A stretch of DNA of 64,000 bases from Octopus vulgaris (taxonomy: Eukaryota), in the NCBI GenBank assembly GCA_951406725.2, contig OX597817.1:41292001-41356000 (forward strand), in the 5' to 3' direction. A program made the translations under genes and the position numbers. Shown piece after piece: positions 25,766-37,581 of the stretch (position 1 is the stretch's first letter; each line of letters begins with the position of its first letter). Below the pieces are notes generated by a model. It ran no database searches and was not told where the DNA came from. It saw only the letters and a list, made by a program, of their open reading frames with translations.

Positions 25766-26267
25766 CAGTTCTATATTTAAGAGATGAGGAATTATGTATA
25801 TTATTTACATTTGACGGATATTTGTTCTCGTCTTGTTTGTTGTTAACATGTTTCAGCTGATCCTCCAGCCTTCATCAGGTGTCTTGGGGAAATTCCAAAC
25901 CTGGGTTCTCATTCCTAAGGTATTTTTTGATGTTATTATTATTATTATCCTTCAGGTCACTGCTTGGAATCGAACTCGGAATCTTGGGGTTAGTAGCCCA
26001 CAGGCATATGGCGTAGTGGCTAAGAGTGTGAGCTACTAACTCCAAGATTCCAAGCAGTGACCTTAATAATAATAATAATGATGATGATGATGATGATAAT
26101 GACGCCGCCGCTGCCGATAACAACAACAACAACATCGAAAAATACCTTAGGAATGAGAACCCAAGTTTGAAATTTCCCCAAGACACCTGATGAAGGCTGG
26201 AGGATATATCAGCTGAAACGTTAACAACAAACAAGATGAGGACAAATATCTGTCAAATGTAAATAAT
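25766..26267. mobile_element. Head-to-head inverted pair of tRNA-headed elements with hammerhead-like tails
   Basis: 25766-26001 (minus) and 26002-26267 (plus) are reverse complements; A box TGGCGTAGTGG in the right copy, B box GAGTTCGATTC in the left copy; both carry CTGATGA-aGGCTG..CAGCT-GAAAC. Confidence 0.8.
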
Positions 26268-26368
26268 AAACATGAAATTATTTTAAAATTTTACTTAGAA
26301 AATTTAAAGAGAGAGAAAAAATACCAACAGAATAGTAGAATCAATAACTATAGACATATAGACATTAC

Positions 26369-26480
26369 CTTTAGAAGCCATGTCAGGACAGAGTCTCGGT
26401 ATGGTACAAATTTATTCTTGTTCTTCCCAGCAGCTTGGTCAGCTAAAGCTGATATAACTAGACCAAGTGTTGTTAAGGAT
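26369..26480 (-). CDS. KIF13: KIF13-like exon: (K)[37 protein letters not shown]
   Basis: 112 bp; AG at 26481-26482, GT at 26367-26368; [13 protein letters not shown] and [14 protein letters not shown] are kinesin-3 motifs; the short, lysine-poor loop 12 fits KIF13 rather than KIF1. Confidence 0.96.
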
Positions 26481-28869
26481 CTGGAAAATAATTAAAAAAA
26501 GAAATAGAATTTAAAGTGATGTGCCAGCTTTAAAGTTTGATCCTCAAAAGAGGAGCAAAAAAAAGACAAACTCTTTTTACCTATCCTCACCTGTGGTAAT
26601 GAGATAATTACCAAAAGTATGTGATCATGAATACAAGTGGATCTCTGGAATAGTGTTAATTCACAGAGGCATAGTTCAAAGATCAGAGTGCCTCTCCAGG
26701 TCAAACTGCTGCTACTTTGCATTCAGGGACCACAAATCCAGTACTGGAGATATGTGGTCAGTATGTTGCAGGAGAGAATTAGTAAATGGATTCTTCAAAC
26801 CAAGCCAGCTGGCAGGAGGCCTAGGGTTGACCAAGAATGAGATGGCTGGATAATATCCATAGTCTCGGTTGGTTACGCTTGGAAATCCAGTTGAAAAGTG
26901 TAATGACAATTCCTTCTGGTAGGGCCATGCAGAAAAAGTGCCCAAGGACTCTACTCCCATGACATTTCCAAGAATAGTGGGTAGAGAAAATGGATGGATG
27001 GATGACTGTTTATTTCCTTTAGCTAACTTTTTTTTTTTTATTGACCCGTACAATTTCAGATCATGTTCCTGGATAATTCAGAGTATGGTGTAGACAAAGT
27101 TGTAATTTCTTGGTAAAAGTTATTTGATTCATGTTGACATGCTTTATGGAAAAGCATGAATGAAATAACATTCTAGTTGTTATTCTCACAGAACAGAAAC
27201 AGAAGACCAGATCTTTTTGCGCTGACAAAAGAAATCAATTTTATTTCATGGCTAGTTGCATGATTAGGCTTATCCAGTCACTTGATTATAAAAGTACAGA
27301 ACAAAATAATTTGATTCTTACAGCCAACACAGTTTTTTTATAATTACATAAGACATTTGATTTTTTTTCTATGATCGGAATTAGTAAAGTAATAACTGAG
27401 CAAAGAACAGAGAAAATAGAGGAATATTAACAGCAGAGAACATTCATTCTAGTCAGTCACTCGGGACTGAGAATAAAGCAAGAACTTCTCTTCATATCCT
27501 AATATGTCCAGCTTGAGTTTTGCACTGATTAGCAGGTTATAAAAAAAAAGTTAACAAGTTGAGGCTGGTGCATAATTAGAATTAATACACAAATGTTACT
27601 TTCTTGTTATGATCTTAAAACCGTTTAATTAGAAAAAATATTAAAAAAGAAGAATATATGCATTGGAATGCTAAAAGACTCATGATCACTATCATCACTA
27701 TCATTTTAAAGGCAAATTTAACATTTGATTTTAAATTTTAAAAATTTAGTTACAAAAGAGAGGAGGAAGGTGTCCATGACCCTTACAAACTCCCCAGGCT
27801 GATGAAGTTTATGTTCAACTTGAACAACTACTGTAGATTAATACCTGCCTATAAACAGTGACTAGGAATGAGAAAGAGAGAGAGAGATTTTAGGTAAGAC
27901 AGATTGGAGAGCTGTATAGTGTGGAATCTGACAGACATGAAAACTGACCTGGAGTAGAGAGAGCATGTCAGTGATGAGGTTGCAAATGGTGACAAAAGGT
28001 CTTTAACAAACTTATCTAATTGAGTGACAGGAGTTAATTGGTTAAATGTTAACAAATTGACTAATAATAATAATAAAAGTGAAATAGAACCAGTGCATGT
28101 GTTTATTACTGGCATAATGACCCTACTGAGAAACAAAACAAAATTCAAAGTGGATTTAAGTAGAAGTGGGATACAGCTTGATAGTTCAGAGGAACAGGTG
28201 TAGTAGTAGATACATAGGTAACATCCTCTCACAAAGGTGGAAGGCAAGTATTGTGTATATTTAACCTTTAGCATGCTTAGGCACATCATGTCACTATATG
28301 AGTTTTCTCCCCTGCAGCTTCAGGTGCAATGCGTCACATTGAGAAGAGAGAAACCTTGTATGGTGACATGATGCTCCTACAGCATGCTAAAGGTTAAGTC
28401 ATAAAATGTACCTATTGAAGCAGTGTAAATAAAAATACTGTATTTGATGGCACCTAAGATGCACTTCTTTTGCTAAAAATATGCTTAAAACAAAGTCACC
28501 TCAGGACCTATATTATATCCTTCATTGCATTACATATTTTTTCCTGAATATGTGTTGCCAATATTGAAATACAGCTAATACACTGGTATGTCTGTCTTTT
28601 ATGCTATCAAATACAGAGCATGCTGTTCATTTAATTATTAAAGAATTGTTAGACACAGGGCTGGATTAAGACCCATAGCACTTAAAAAGATTTTTGTGCC
28701 CCCATATATATGTATTCAAAACATAAACATTAATAAACCATAGAATAAACTGACATTTTGGAAAATATTTATTTTTTTATACTTCCACCTTTTTTGTATA
28801 TGAGAAGTTTTGTACAACATTTTTTAATTGCAAAGTTTCTGTTCAGATCCTCAAAATTAATCTTATGTA

Positions 28870-29522
28870 TTGGGTGCCCCACCAAAAAACAACCCACAAA
28901 TATGGAGCAATATGTGGAAGTGCTGAAGACGTTCTGGGCATCACTGGGAGGATGCAGTGGGATAGATTGAGATGAACAGTGATTCCAGCAAGACGGGGCC
29001 ACCCACCACGCATCACATGACTCTGGCTGAGAGGGCGATTTCAGGAGAAACTGATCAGCAGGAAGTGTGGTGTTGAGTGGGCACCACAGTCACTGGACTT
29101 GACCCCTCCCAGAGTTTTATCTGTGGGGGTATCTCAAGGATAATGTTTACCAGAATAACCCTCAAACGATTGGTGAACTGAAGGCAGCAATCACAGCAGA
29201 AATCAGGGAAATCTCCAAAGAGGAATGTGTTCAAGTAATTGATAATTTTGCAATGAATGGTTTGACGAAAATTTAACTGTCTCTATTTTATTTATTAGAA
29301 ATTAATTTTTATAGTGAAAAAGCTTTAATTATTTAAAGGGACGAAAAGACCCTATTGAGCTTTTATTATTATGTATGCAAGTGTGCCTCCAATGCCGCGG
29401 AGGCCATTTAGAGCATATTTTGAAAAGAACATGACTTTTATGCAAAGGGAATGATTATACACAGGCCAAAGTTTGCAGGGTTTGATAAAATTTTATGCGT
29501 TCTGTTTTGGGGGGTTACCCTG
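28870..29522 (+). mobile_element. Internally deleted Tc1/mariner-superfamily element (rosa/DD41D-like), decayed transposase C-terminus
   Basis: Frameshifted FQQDGATHH...WAPQSLDLTPP.FYLWGYLKDNVYQNNPQTIGELKAAITAEIREISKEECVQVIDNFA//QVCLQCRGGHLEHILKRT*; degenerate TIRs (TTGGGTGCCCC.. / ..GGGGTTACCCTG) flanked by TA. Confidence 0.85.
29252..29370 (+). pseudogene. NUMT: fragment of mitochondrial 16S rRNA
   Basis: AATGAATGGTTTGACGAA...CTGTCTCT...AGTGAAAAAGCTT...GGGACGAAAAGACCCTATTGAGCTT are conserved mt-16S landmarks in the correct order and spacing. Confidence 0.9.
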
Positions 29523-30565
29523 TAATACATCCTCTTCTATACTTAGTAGAATATTGTATTTGCAAATTTAAAGTGATTTCTTTTGTGCTGTAAACCATTT
29601 ACCATTTCTGTGGTGCCTGCTTCCTTTGAAGCATTAAGTATGTGCATATTTTGATTAATGATAAATCTAATACTGGTTAGACATTAATCGATGATCTCAA
29701 ATTCTATGTTGGTCACACTTGCCAGTCTATGTGAAATAACTAACCTCTAATCCATATATTCAAAACAAAATAGATTTTTTTTACTGCACAGTTTATTCAT
29801 AAATATCAAGTACAGTCATTTCCTAGACATAATAAAAACCCTAGCCATGTCCAAGTTCATTAACTCAAACTTTATTTTCCCAATTTCAAACTAAATTCAT
29901 AAATAATTAAATTATCTTCTTGATTGCTCTTGTGAAAAGAACCAGCTGATCTATATCCAGAAGGTTGTAGAATTACACCTTACGGGTTACAATAACTACT
30001 TAAAGGGAAACAAGTCAAAAATATCACTTTAATTCTTAGAACCTTTAACTTATATTTGATATCTGAAGTATAAAATATACAAGTGAGCTAGGTTGCTATT
30101 AGCATACTCACACACACACACTCTTTCTCTAACCACCTTACCTTCCTTAAACATACAAGCAAAATAATAACAGCATGGTCACATCAGACTAGAAACATAT
30201 CTAAATTCTACAGCACCATCACTTTGTCACTCAACTAATTCAGGACTGCATAAAGTGCACAAAAAACCCCAAAATAACTGCAGTAAAGCAGAACATAGCT
30301 GTTTCTTCTCCAGCCAACAATGGAGTATCAATATGGAAACTCAAACTTGCCAGAAATAGCAACCATACCTCCTTCAAGTCATACCACACCATCAGCTTAA
30401 ACAGGTAGGACATAAATGATAGTCTTAGATGCCACCTAAGAACAGGGATGCTCATGGCCAGAGTGCCTTTCATCATAAGCAGTTTGCTCAATCAAAGGCT
30501 GACCTGAGATTAAACAACTAATAAATCTATTATATATATATATGTATGTATATGTGTATATATAT

Positions 30566-30605
<40 letters not shown>

Positions 30606-30610
30606 TTTTT

Positions 30611-30825
30611 TGTTGGCATCCTTTTTGTCTCGGGAGACAATGGAGTTGCGCATAAAATATCTAGTCCGGCTTTTACATATCATGTCCTAATACATTTCCT
30701 GCTGTTGCTGTGTAGTCCTATCCTGGACAAACACTCCCTCTGGCAGGTTCCGCAAATGTAGCGAAGACTGTTCCTGGCTGGTTGTAATGTCATACTTTCT
30801 TGTTGACGTCTTTTCTTGTCTTTCC
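30611..30825 (-). mobile_element. RTE-clade LINE 3' end
   Basis: KDKKRRQQESMTLQPARNSLRYICGTCQRECLSRIGLHSNSRKCIRT* (RTE C-terminal zinc motif), then CCATTGTCTCCCGAGACAAAAAGGATGCCAAC tail. Confidence 0.8.
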
Positions 30826-31126
30826 ATTTCTCCCCTCTCTCTCTCTGTCACTCCTTTGTATTCCCTCTTTTACGGTAGTCACCAATCTCAATGGTTGCTG
30901 GCAACTGCTTCCCAGTTGCTAATATTGAGAGAGAGAGAGAGAGAGAGATAGGTGTGATGTACAGAAATTGAATATTGAGAAAAAAAAATTCTTTAGAATT
31001 TTGGAAAAAAATTCTTTTATTTCTTCATTATTATTAGTGCTTTCATTCCTTATTTGACAAATTCTACAAAGGAAGAAAAGTGCTAATAATAATGAAGAAA
31101 TAAAAGGATTTTTTATCAAAATTCTG

Positions 31127-32147
31127 TCAACTTTTTTTGAAGACTGAGGAATAAATGATTATCAGATGGGTCAATATCTGGGGCATCGTTTCCCATTCAA
31201 ACTGCTCCAGCCTTAGGAATGTCATCCTTGCTAGATGTGGCTGAGCTTTATCCTGATAGAAGAACACCTTTCGTCTTGAAACCAAAGATGGTTGATTTTC
31301 TTCTAGTGCTGACTTAAGTTGCTCACAGTAGATCTCCTTTGTTATTGTTTGGTTTGGGTTTAAAAATACAAAGAGGACTAAACCCTCCATATCCCACCAA
31401 CCAGATAACAACACCTTACATGGGTGAAGACCTTCTTTTGCCTGGGATGCTGGTGTTTCCCCTCTTTCCCCACCCACTATCTTTGGTGCTTGACATTTTT
31501 ATAGAGAATCCATTTCTTGCCACCAGTCACTATTCGGTCCAAAAAGAGTTCATTCATAAGATGTGACAGCAAAGAAGAGCACACATTCACTCTCTGCACG
31601 CGATTACACTTGGATAGTTTGGGAGGAACCCATTGACCCAATTTACTGACTTTTCTGATGGCATGCAGGTGTTGATGAATGGTTGAATGACCAAATCCAA
31701 GCTTTTCTGCTAGTTCCTCAACAGTTACAATGGGATTTTGTTCCACTAGGACAGCCTTGTCAAGCTCTGCAGATCTTCCAGGATGAGTTTTGTCTTCTAG
31801 GCTGCAGTTTCCGGCTCAGAATTTCTGGAACCACCATTGACACAGGCTTACGCTTATTGTCCAATCCCCATATACAGCATCAATATTCCTCACACTTTCC
31901 ATTGCATTGTTGCATTTATTGACCTCAAAGCAAAATAAGCCGAATATGCTCCTTAGTCACTTCCATTATAGCTTTGAAAATATTGTTAAAACTGAACTGC
32001 AATCTTCAAAACTTGTACTAAGAATAGGAACAAGGTAAAATTACTACCTGCTTTTATAGCAAGATGATGCAGGTAGTTTATCCTGTTCCCCTCCAACTTC
32101 TAGTTCATGCAATTGAAAAATACCACATTATTTATGGTATGGCCCAA
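31127..32147 (-). mobile_element. Mariner (DD34D, Mos1/Hsmar-like) transposon, 3'-truncated, pseudogenised transposase
   Basis: TIR TTGGGCCATACCATAAATAATGTGGTATTTTT after TA (32148-32149); ATG at 31964-31966 (MEVTKEHIR); WVPPKL, FLDRIVTGGKKWILYKN, LHPCKVLLSGWWD, FYQDKAQPH motifs with stops and frameshifts. Confidence 0.92.
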
Positions 32148-32499
32148 TAGATTTGAGATATTGATAATGTAATTATTTATTCTTAGAATGACATTATAGT
32201 GTAGATGGCAGAGGGTAGATCTGACTAATTTCAACATAAAATAGATAGAATGTATCTAGTTTGAATGCTAACAGGTTAAATCTCCAGTAGTTCCCTCTTA
32301 CAAGATATTATTGCTTTTATCTTCATATCAAAAACATCAATTTTGCTCATTGTTTTTTCAAGGTCAACCCTGACTGAGCAGACATATGATCAGAGGCATT
32401 CCAGCCATGACCACTATCTCATCATTTCTTTGTCAAACACTGTATGTGTGGACTATATTATTTAGTGTGTTCATCTTTTTACTTAAGGTCACATCCTAG

Positions 32500-32660
32500 A
32501 CTGTATTAAGAAAAGTGCTGCCCAACTGACTGACATAAAGTCACTTACAGACATGATCCAACCTCTGGTCTACAGCGATGCTGTCTCCTCTCTTTGCCTT
32601 CTCTACTACTACTATAACGGCCTCTGCTCTTTGGATCTGGCTAGGCTCATGCCACTCTAA
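32500..32660 (+). mobile_element. Degraded LINE ORF2 fragment (related remnant on minus strand at about 60430-60660)
   Basis: IQPLVYSDAVSSLCLLYYYYNGLCSLDLARLMP resembles the PLxHRRxVASLxLFYRYYxGxCSxEL motif. Confidence 0.5.
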
Positions 32661-34124
32661 TCTGGTGCAATAACTACAGCCAGTCCTTCTCATAATGTTT
32701 TCTGCAGATGTTTGCTTTACAAAAGTTCAAAAGAAACATTAATAACATTATCAGTCTCATGGGTCTAGGAGGCCATGCAAAGGACTTGGGCACAACCTTT
32801 CTCTCTGACTCAGAAAAAAAAAAGTGCATGCAGTTTGGATGCCATTTTCTAGAAAGTGAAGCTGTCGCAAAGAGGCCTCTCCCCAAACGAAACTGTTTGC
32901 TTTAATAATTGAATATCACACTGAAGAGTTTACCATGTTTAGATGGCAAACATAAGCAATATAAATTTTAGAAATACACAAATTGTCAGCAAAGCATCTC
33001 ATTATTTTTATATTAATATTTCAGACTTCCAATCATTCTTACAATATTTAATCACTAATGATAGAGATATATTTTGGGTAATAAATTGTATATTTTGGAA
33101 ATACATCAGCCAAGTGCTAAAATTGTAAAAGTCTATCATTAATTCAGATAAGTTCCACAGTTCATAACTATTATAGAGAGAAATGTATTCGATATTTTGC
33201 AACATACAAAAATTTTAATGATGCAGTGATTTTTATGATTTTTATGTTAAATAGTTAAATTTTATTAATTTCATAGCTGTCGGCAGGAGTATATCATTTT
33301 ATTGAGCAATAAATCTAAATATTTAAATAGTCCATTCCTCCTCCACCAAAAACAAAAAACAAAAATGCAAACATAATGATTCATTAAAATATCATATGGC
33401 CTATTTCATAGGTGTTCAATCTCAGAGATGGGGGGTCTAATTTGGGTCAGTAATTTTGATTGCTAATTATAATTTTTTTCGTCAAGGGAACCACAGTATC
33501 TTATTTATTTTATACTTAAATATCATCAGACTAACTGTAGTGAATGAATCAGATAAATGTACATTAAGATGATGTCAGGTTGAATTTATATTTAAAATAT
33601 TCAGTTAATATAATCAAATATTACAACCACTATAACATAACAGGATGTGAAATAATGATTTCAAATTTTGCCACAAGGGCAATAATTTTGGGGAAGGGAA
33701 TGAGAAATGAGTCGATTACATTGACACCAGTGTTCAACTGGTACTTATTTTATCGACTCTGAAAGGATGAAAGGCAAAGTTGACTTTGGGAGAATTTGAA
33801 CTCAGAATGCAGTGACAGGCGAAATACCACTAAGCCTTTTGTTCAGCGTGCTAATGATTCTGCCAGCTTGCTGCCTTAACGAGATGTAAAATAATGTAAA
33901 ATAAAGTGTTTTTTTTCACTCTTGAGATATTGCTGATTGAGCACACATATGACTAGAAGCACTCCAGCTGTGACATTCATGTCTTTTTACAGTTATGCAG
34001 GACTATATTATCTAATGTGTCATTCTTTATTTCAGATGGTAGAATTGGAAATGAAGGAGATTTGGCTGCTATTTCTAGCAGGTTGAGTAAATAATACAAT
34101 GAAATGAAATATCAAAATACACAG

Positions 34125-34543
34125 TATAGGCACAGGAGTAGCTGTGTGGTAAGTAGCTTGCTTACCAACCACATGGTTCCAGGTCATTTGACTGTGGCCA
34201 TGCTGGAGCACCGCCTTTAGTCAAGCAAATCGACCCCAGGACTTACTCTTTGGAAGCCTAGTACTTATTCTATCAGTCTCTTTTGCTGAACCGCTAAGTT
34301 ACGGAGATGTAAACACACCACCATCGGTTGTCAAGTGATGTTGGGGGGACAAACACAGACACAAACATACATGTATATGATGGGCTCTTTCAGTTTCCGT
34401 CTACCAAATCCACTCACAAGGCTTTGGTTGGCCCGAGGCGATAGTAGAAGACACTTTCTCAAGGTGCCATGCAGTGGGACTGAACCTGGAACCATGTGGT
34501 TGGTAAGCAAGCTACTTACCACACAGGCACTCCTGTGCCTATA
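34125..34543 (-). mobile_element. SINE family A with an inverted duplicate of its own head at the 3' end
   Basis: 34125-34184 and 34484-34543 are reverse complements with 2 mismatches. Confidence 0.8.
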
Positions 34544-35856
34544 TCATACAGATCTTTAAAGATCTTTAATGTTATGCTATAAAAGAACGAAAGTGACATA
34601 ACAAGAAGAGCTAAAACAAGGTGTTGCTGTTTAAATACCAGACCTGCTTGATTGAGCAAATCTAAGATCAAAGATGCTCCAAACATGACGACCTGTTTAG
34701 TCTTAGCAAGGTCGTTGCCAGTGCTGCTGGACTGGCTCCTGTGCAGGTGGCACATAAAAGGCACCATTTGAGCGTGGCTGTTGCCAGTACCACCTGACTA
34801 GCTCTCGTACCGGTGACACGTAAAAGCCCCCACTACACTCTCAGAGTGGTTGGCGTTTAGGAAGGGCATCCAGCTGTAGAAACTCTGCCAGATCAGATTG
34901 GAGTCTGGTGCAGCCATCTGGTTTGCCAGACCTCAGTCAAATCATCCAACCCATGCTAGCATGGAAAGCGGACGTTAAACGATGATGATGATTTTGTTTC
35001 CAGACGTAGTACTACTACATTATCCAGTGTGTTCCTTCATTTATTATATTAATGTATGATTTTTATGGAAAATTCAGCAGCTATTTCTATGATGTCAGAC
35101 AACCAAATAGATACTGCATAGTTGGTTGGCAAATGCTTTTGTCATAGAATGACTATTAGATATCACAGAGAAATATTTGCAAAATACAAATATGCTAAGC
35201 ATGAATAATAATTTCAGAGAAAAAAAAAAAAAATCTACATTATATGCACGTCTCGAAAAGATACATATATATATGTTTGGTAGTTTGGTAGTAATATGTC
35301 TGTTTGTATTTTTGAATAACTGAAGGTTAAGTCAAAGATGTTGTTTGCTGACAACACAAGATTTATGAGTCAAGTATTGCAAAAAACAAAAACAACACAC
35401 GCACACATACACCTATTTTAGTATATATTCAAATAAGTCGCTTGTCAAATGAATTGGTTAATGTTAAGAAACTAAACTAAAATAAAATAAACTTTCTACT
35501 TCTATACATGCACCGCATATTATTTTCAAAGAAAAAAAAGTTCCGAAGAACAAAAATAAATAAATCAAAAACAAACAAAACCATCTAACATTGCCTATTG
35601 ATAAAACTTTGTTAGCTTCAGATTCTTGACATTCGAATAAATATATATTGCGTGCTTCTGTTTGATATGTTAATTGTTATTCTACTACAAGATAAGTCAT
35701 CGCTATGTAATAAAAATAATTGTCAAGATTCTTCTTTTTCTTCTTCTTCTTCTCTAAAATCAGCCTTTTCTCCAAGGCTTGCCTGCCATATGTATATAGA
35801 CATACATACATATATACACAGTTAAGATATTGTCAAAGTCAATGTATCTTCTTTTA

Positions 35857-35889
<33 letters not shown>

Positions 35890-37058
35890 CGTCGTCATCA
35901 TCATCATCCCTTACTCTTGAATTTCAAAACTGAAAAATCTCTGCTGTTCTGAAGTATGGAGGCATTTCAAAATATTTTCGAACGAGTTCCATTGTAGTTA
36001 CGTAGTAAAACAGTCAATAACATTTTAGTTAAGAGAAGAATCAGTCCAGTTTGCATGTAGCTTGACTGGCTTTCAATGGAAGTGAACCATGCAGTAGTCC
36101 AGAGTGTGTTCCACATAACGGTCTGACAGATATGACAGCAATTGTCTTATAATGGCAACAATAATAGTCTGTCAGAAGAGAAGAGACAGGCAAATATACA
36201 TGTAATAAAATCAGATGGTGGTGGTGGTGGCAGTGATGATAACGATGATGATGATGATGCGTTGATTATAGAGCTGCAGAATAACAAATAAGAACAAATG
36301 AAAAGGATTTTGACTTCAGAAGCAGAAAGTTTGACCCAAGTTTATGGCTAAAGAGGAGTGTTTTACACACTTGTTTTGGGTTGCAGTAAATATATTTTAT
36401 TATTTGATGGTCATAAAATTCTTGACCTGGAGGTTGAAAAGAACCTTAATAACATCAAAATCAATAATAATAATAACAATCATAACGGCACTACACAAGA
36501 GCTGACATGAATTGAATGTATTTGCCTAGAATTGAGAATGATAGATGCCTGACCAGCTAGTCCTCGCCTACAAAATCATTTCTGCAGGGTAGTAAAAATA
36601 AAAAATATATATATACGATTATAACAGGTGATTGGAAGATCTATCTTGTGAAAGACCATGAAAACTGAAAGTGATTCTATTTGTAAAAAGAGAAGGGTGT
36701 GTGTGATTGTGTGCATGTGTGTGTGTATGAGAGAGAGAGAAAGAGAGGGAGAGAGAGAGAGAATTAGGTATGGAGAATTATGAACTGCATTTGCAGAATA
36801 TAATTCAATAAACAAAAGTAATGAAAAGATTTTCTTAAAGAACTAGTATACCAGAAAGATAATTGGGAGGTCAAGTCAAGCCCTTTACCTGCCAATAAAG
36901 TTGTGAACAGGTAAAAGAAAAACAAACCCAATAAGTCATACCAACTTAGTTTCAACTAGAGATGAACAAATTCACCCAAGCTACTTAGAATCAAACTATG
37001 TACACAAAGCACAACTTGGTGAAAATAATCGATTGTACAAGTACATAAGATCTTAGAT

Positions 37059-37581
37059 CAGTAGTTCTCAAACGGGGTTCATATGACCCTTAGGGGTCCA
37101 TGCAAGATTTTGCAGTTAAAATTTATGTGCAATATATTGATTATATTCCTGCAGTGCATAAAATATTCTAACAATTCTTTTTTTATACAATTCCTAATAA
37201 TATTTACCGTATTTTAACATGTATAAGGAACCCGTTTTTGTCAAAAATTAAGTTTAAAAAATATGGGAGTTTCTTATACATGGATAGTGTTATAATCCCT
37301 TATGAAACCTTTTTTTCCAAATTTTAAGCCCAAAGAATTAGGGGTTTCCTTACACACTTTAAAATATGGTTATTCTAAAAATATAATAGGATTTTTTAAA
37401 CATCGAATGGATATGAGGGTCCACCTGAGTAAAATAGGAATCAAAAGGGGGTGAAAGTAAAGAATATGTACACTTGGTGTTCAGGGTTTAGGGTTAAGGT
37501 TACACCAAAAACGGGTGGTGTACATATTCTTTACCTCAACTCAAAAGGGTCCATAGGGAAAAAAATGATTGAGAACCACTG
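37059..37581. mobile_element. hAT MITE with two nested insertions (Tc2-like MITE about 37207-37370; 91-bp element 37450-37540)
   Basis: TIRs CAGTAGTTCTCAA / TTGAGAACCACTG; TSD TCTTAGAT / ATTTAGAT; nested CCGTATTTT...AAAATATGG termini; related inverted copy at about 9500-10147. Confidence 0.75.

Larger units (their letters stand above)
28656..29675. mobile_element. hAT-type MITE hosting the rosa-like element
   Basis: CAG...CTG termini with a degenerate TIR; perfect 8-bp TSD GTTAGACA at 28648-28655 and 29676-29683. Confidence 0.7.

Noticed and set aside
29252-29370. Functional rRNA gene
   Set aside because: Only about 118 bp of mitochondrial-type 16S inside a nuclear transposon; called as a NUMT.
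35915-36168. Possible alternative KIF13 exon (pyrimidine tract plus CAG at 36169-36171, GTAAG donor at 35913-35914, minus strand)
   Set aside because: 254 bp with stops in all three frames and no kinesin similarity; a poison exon cannot be supported without RNA data.
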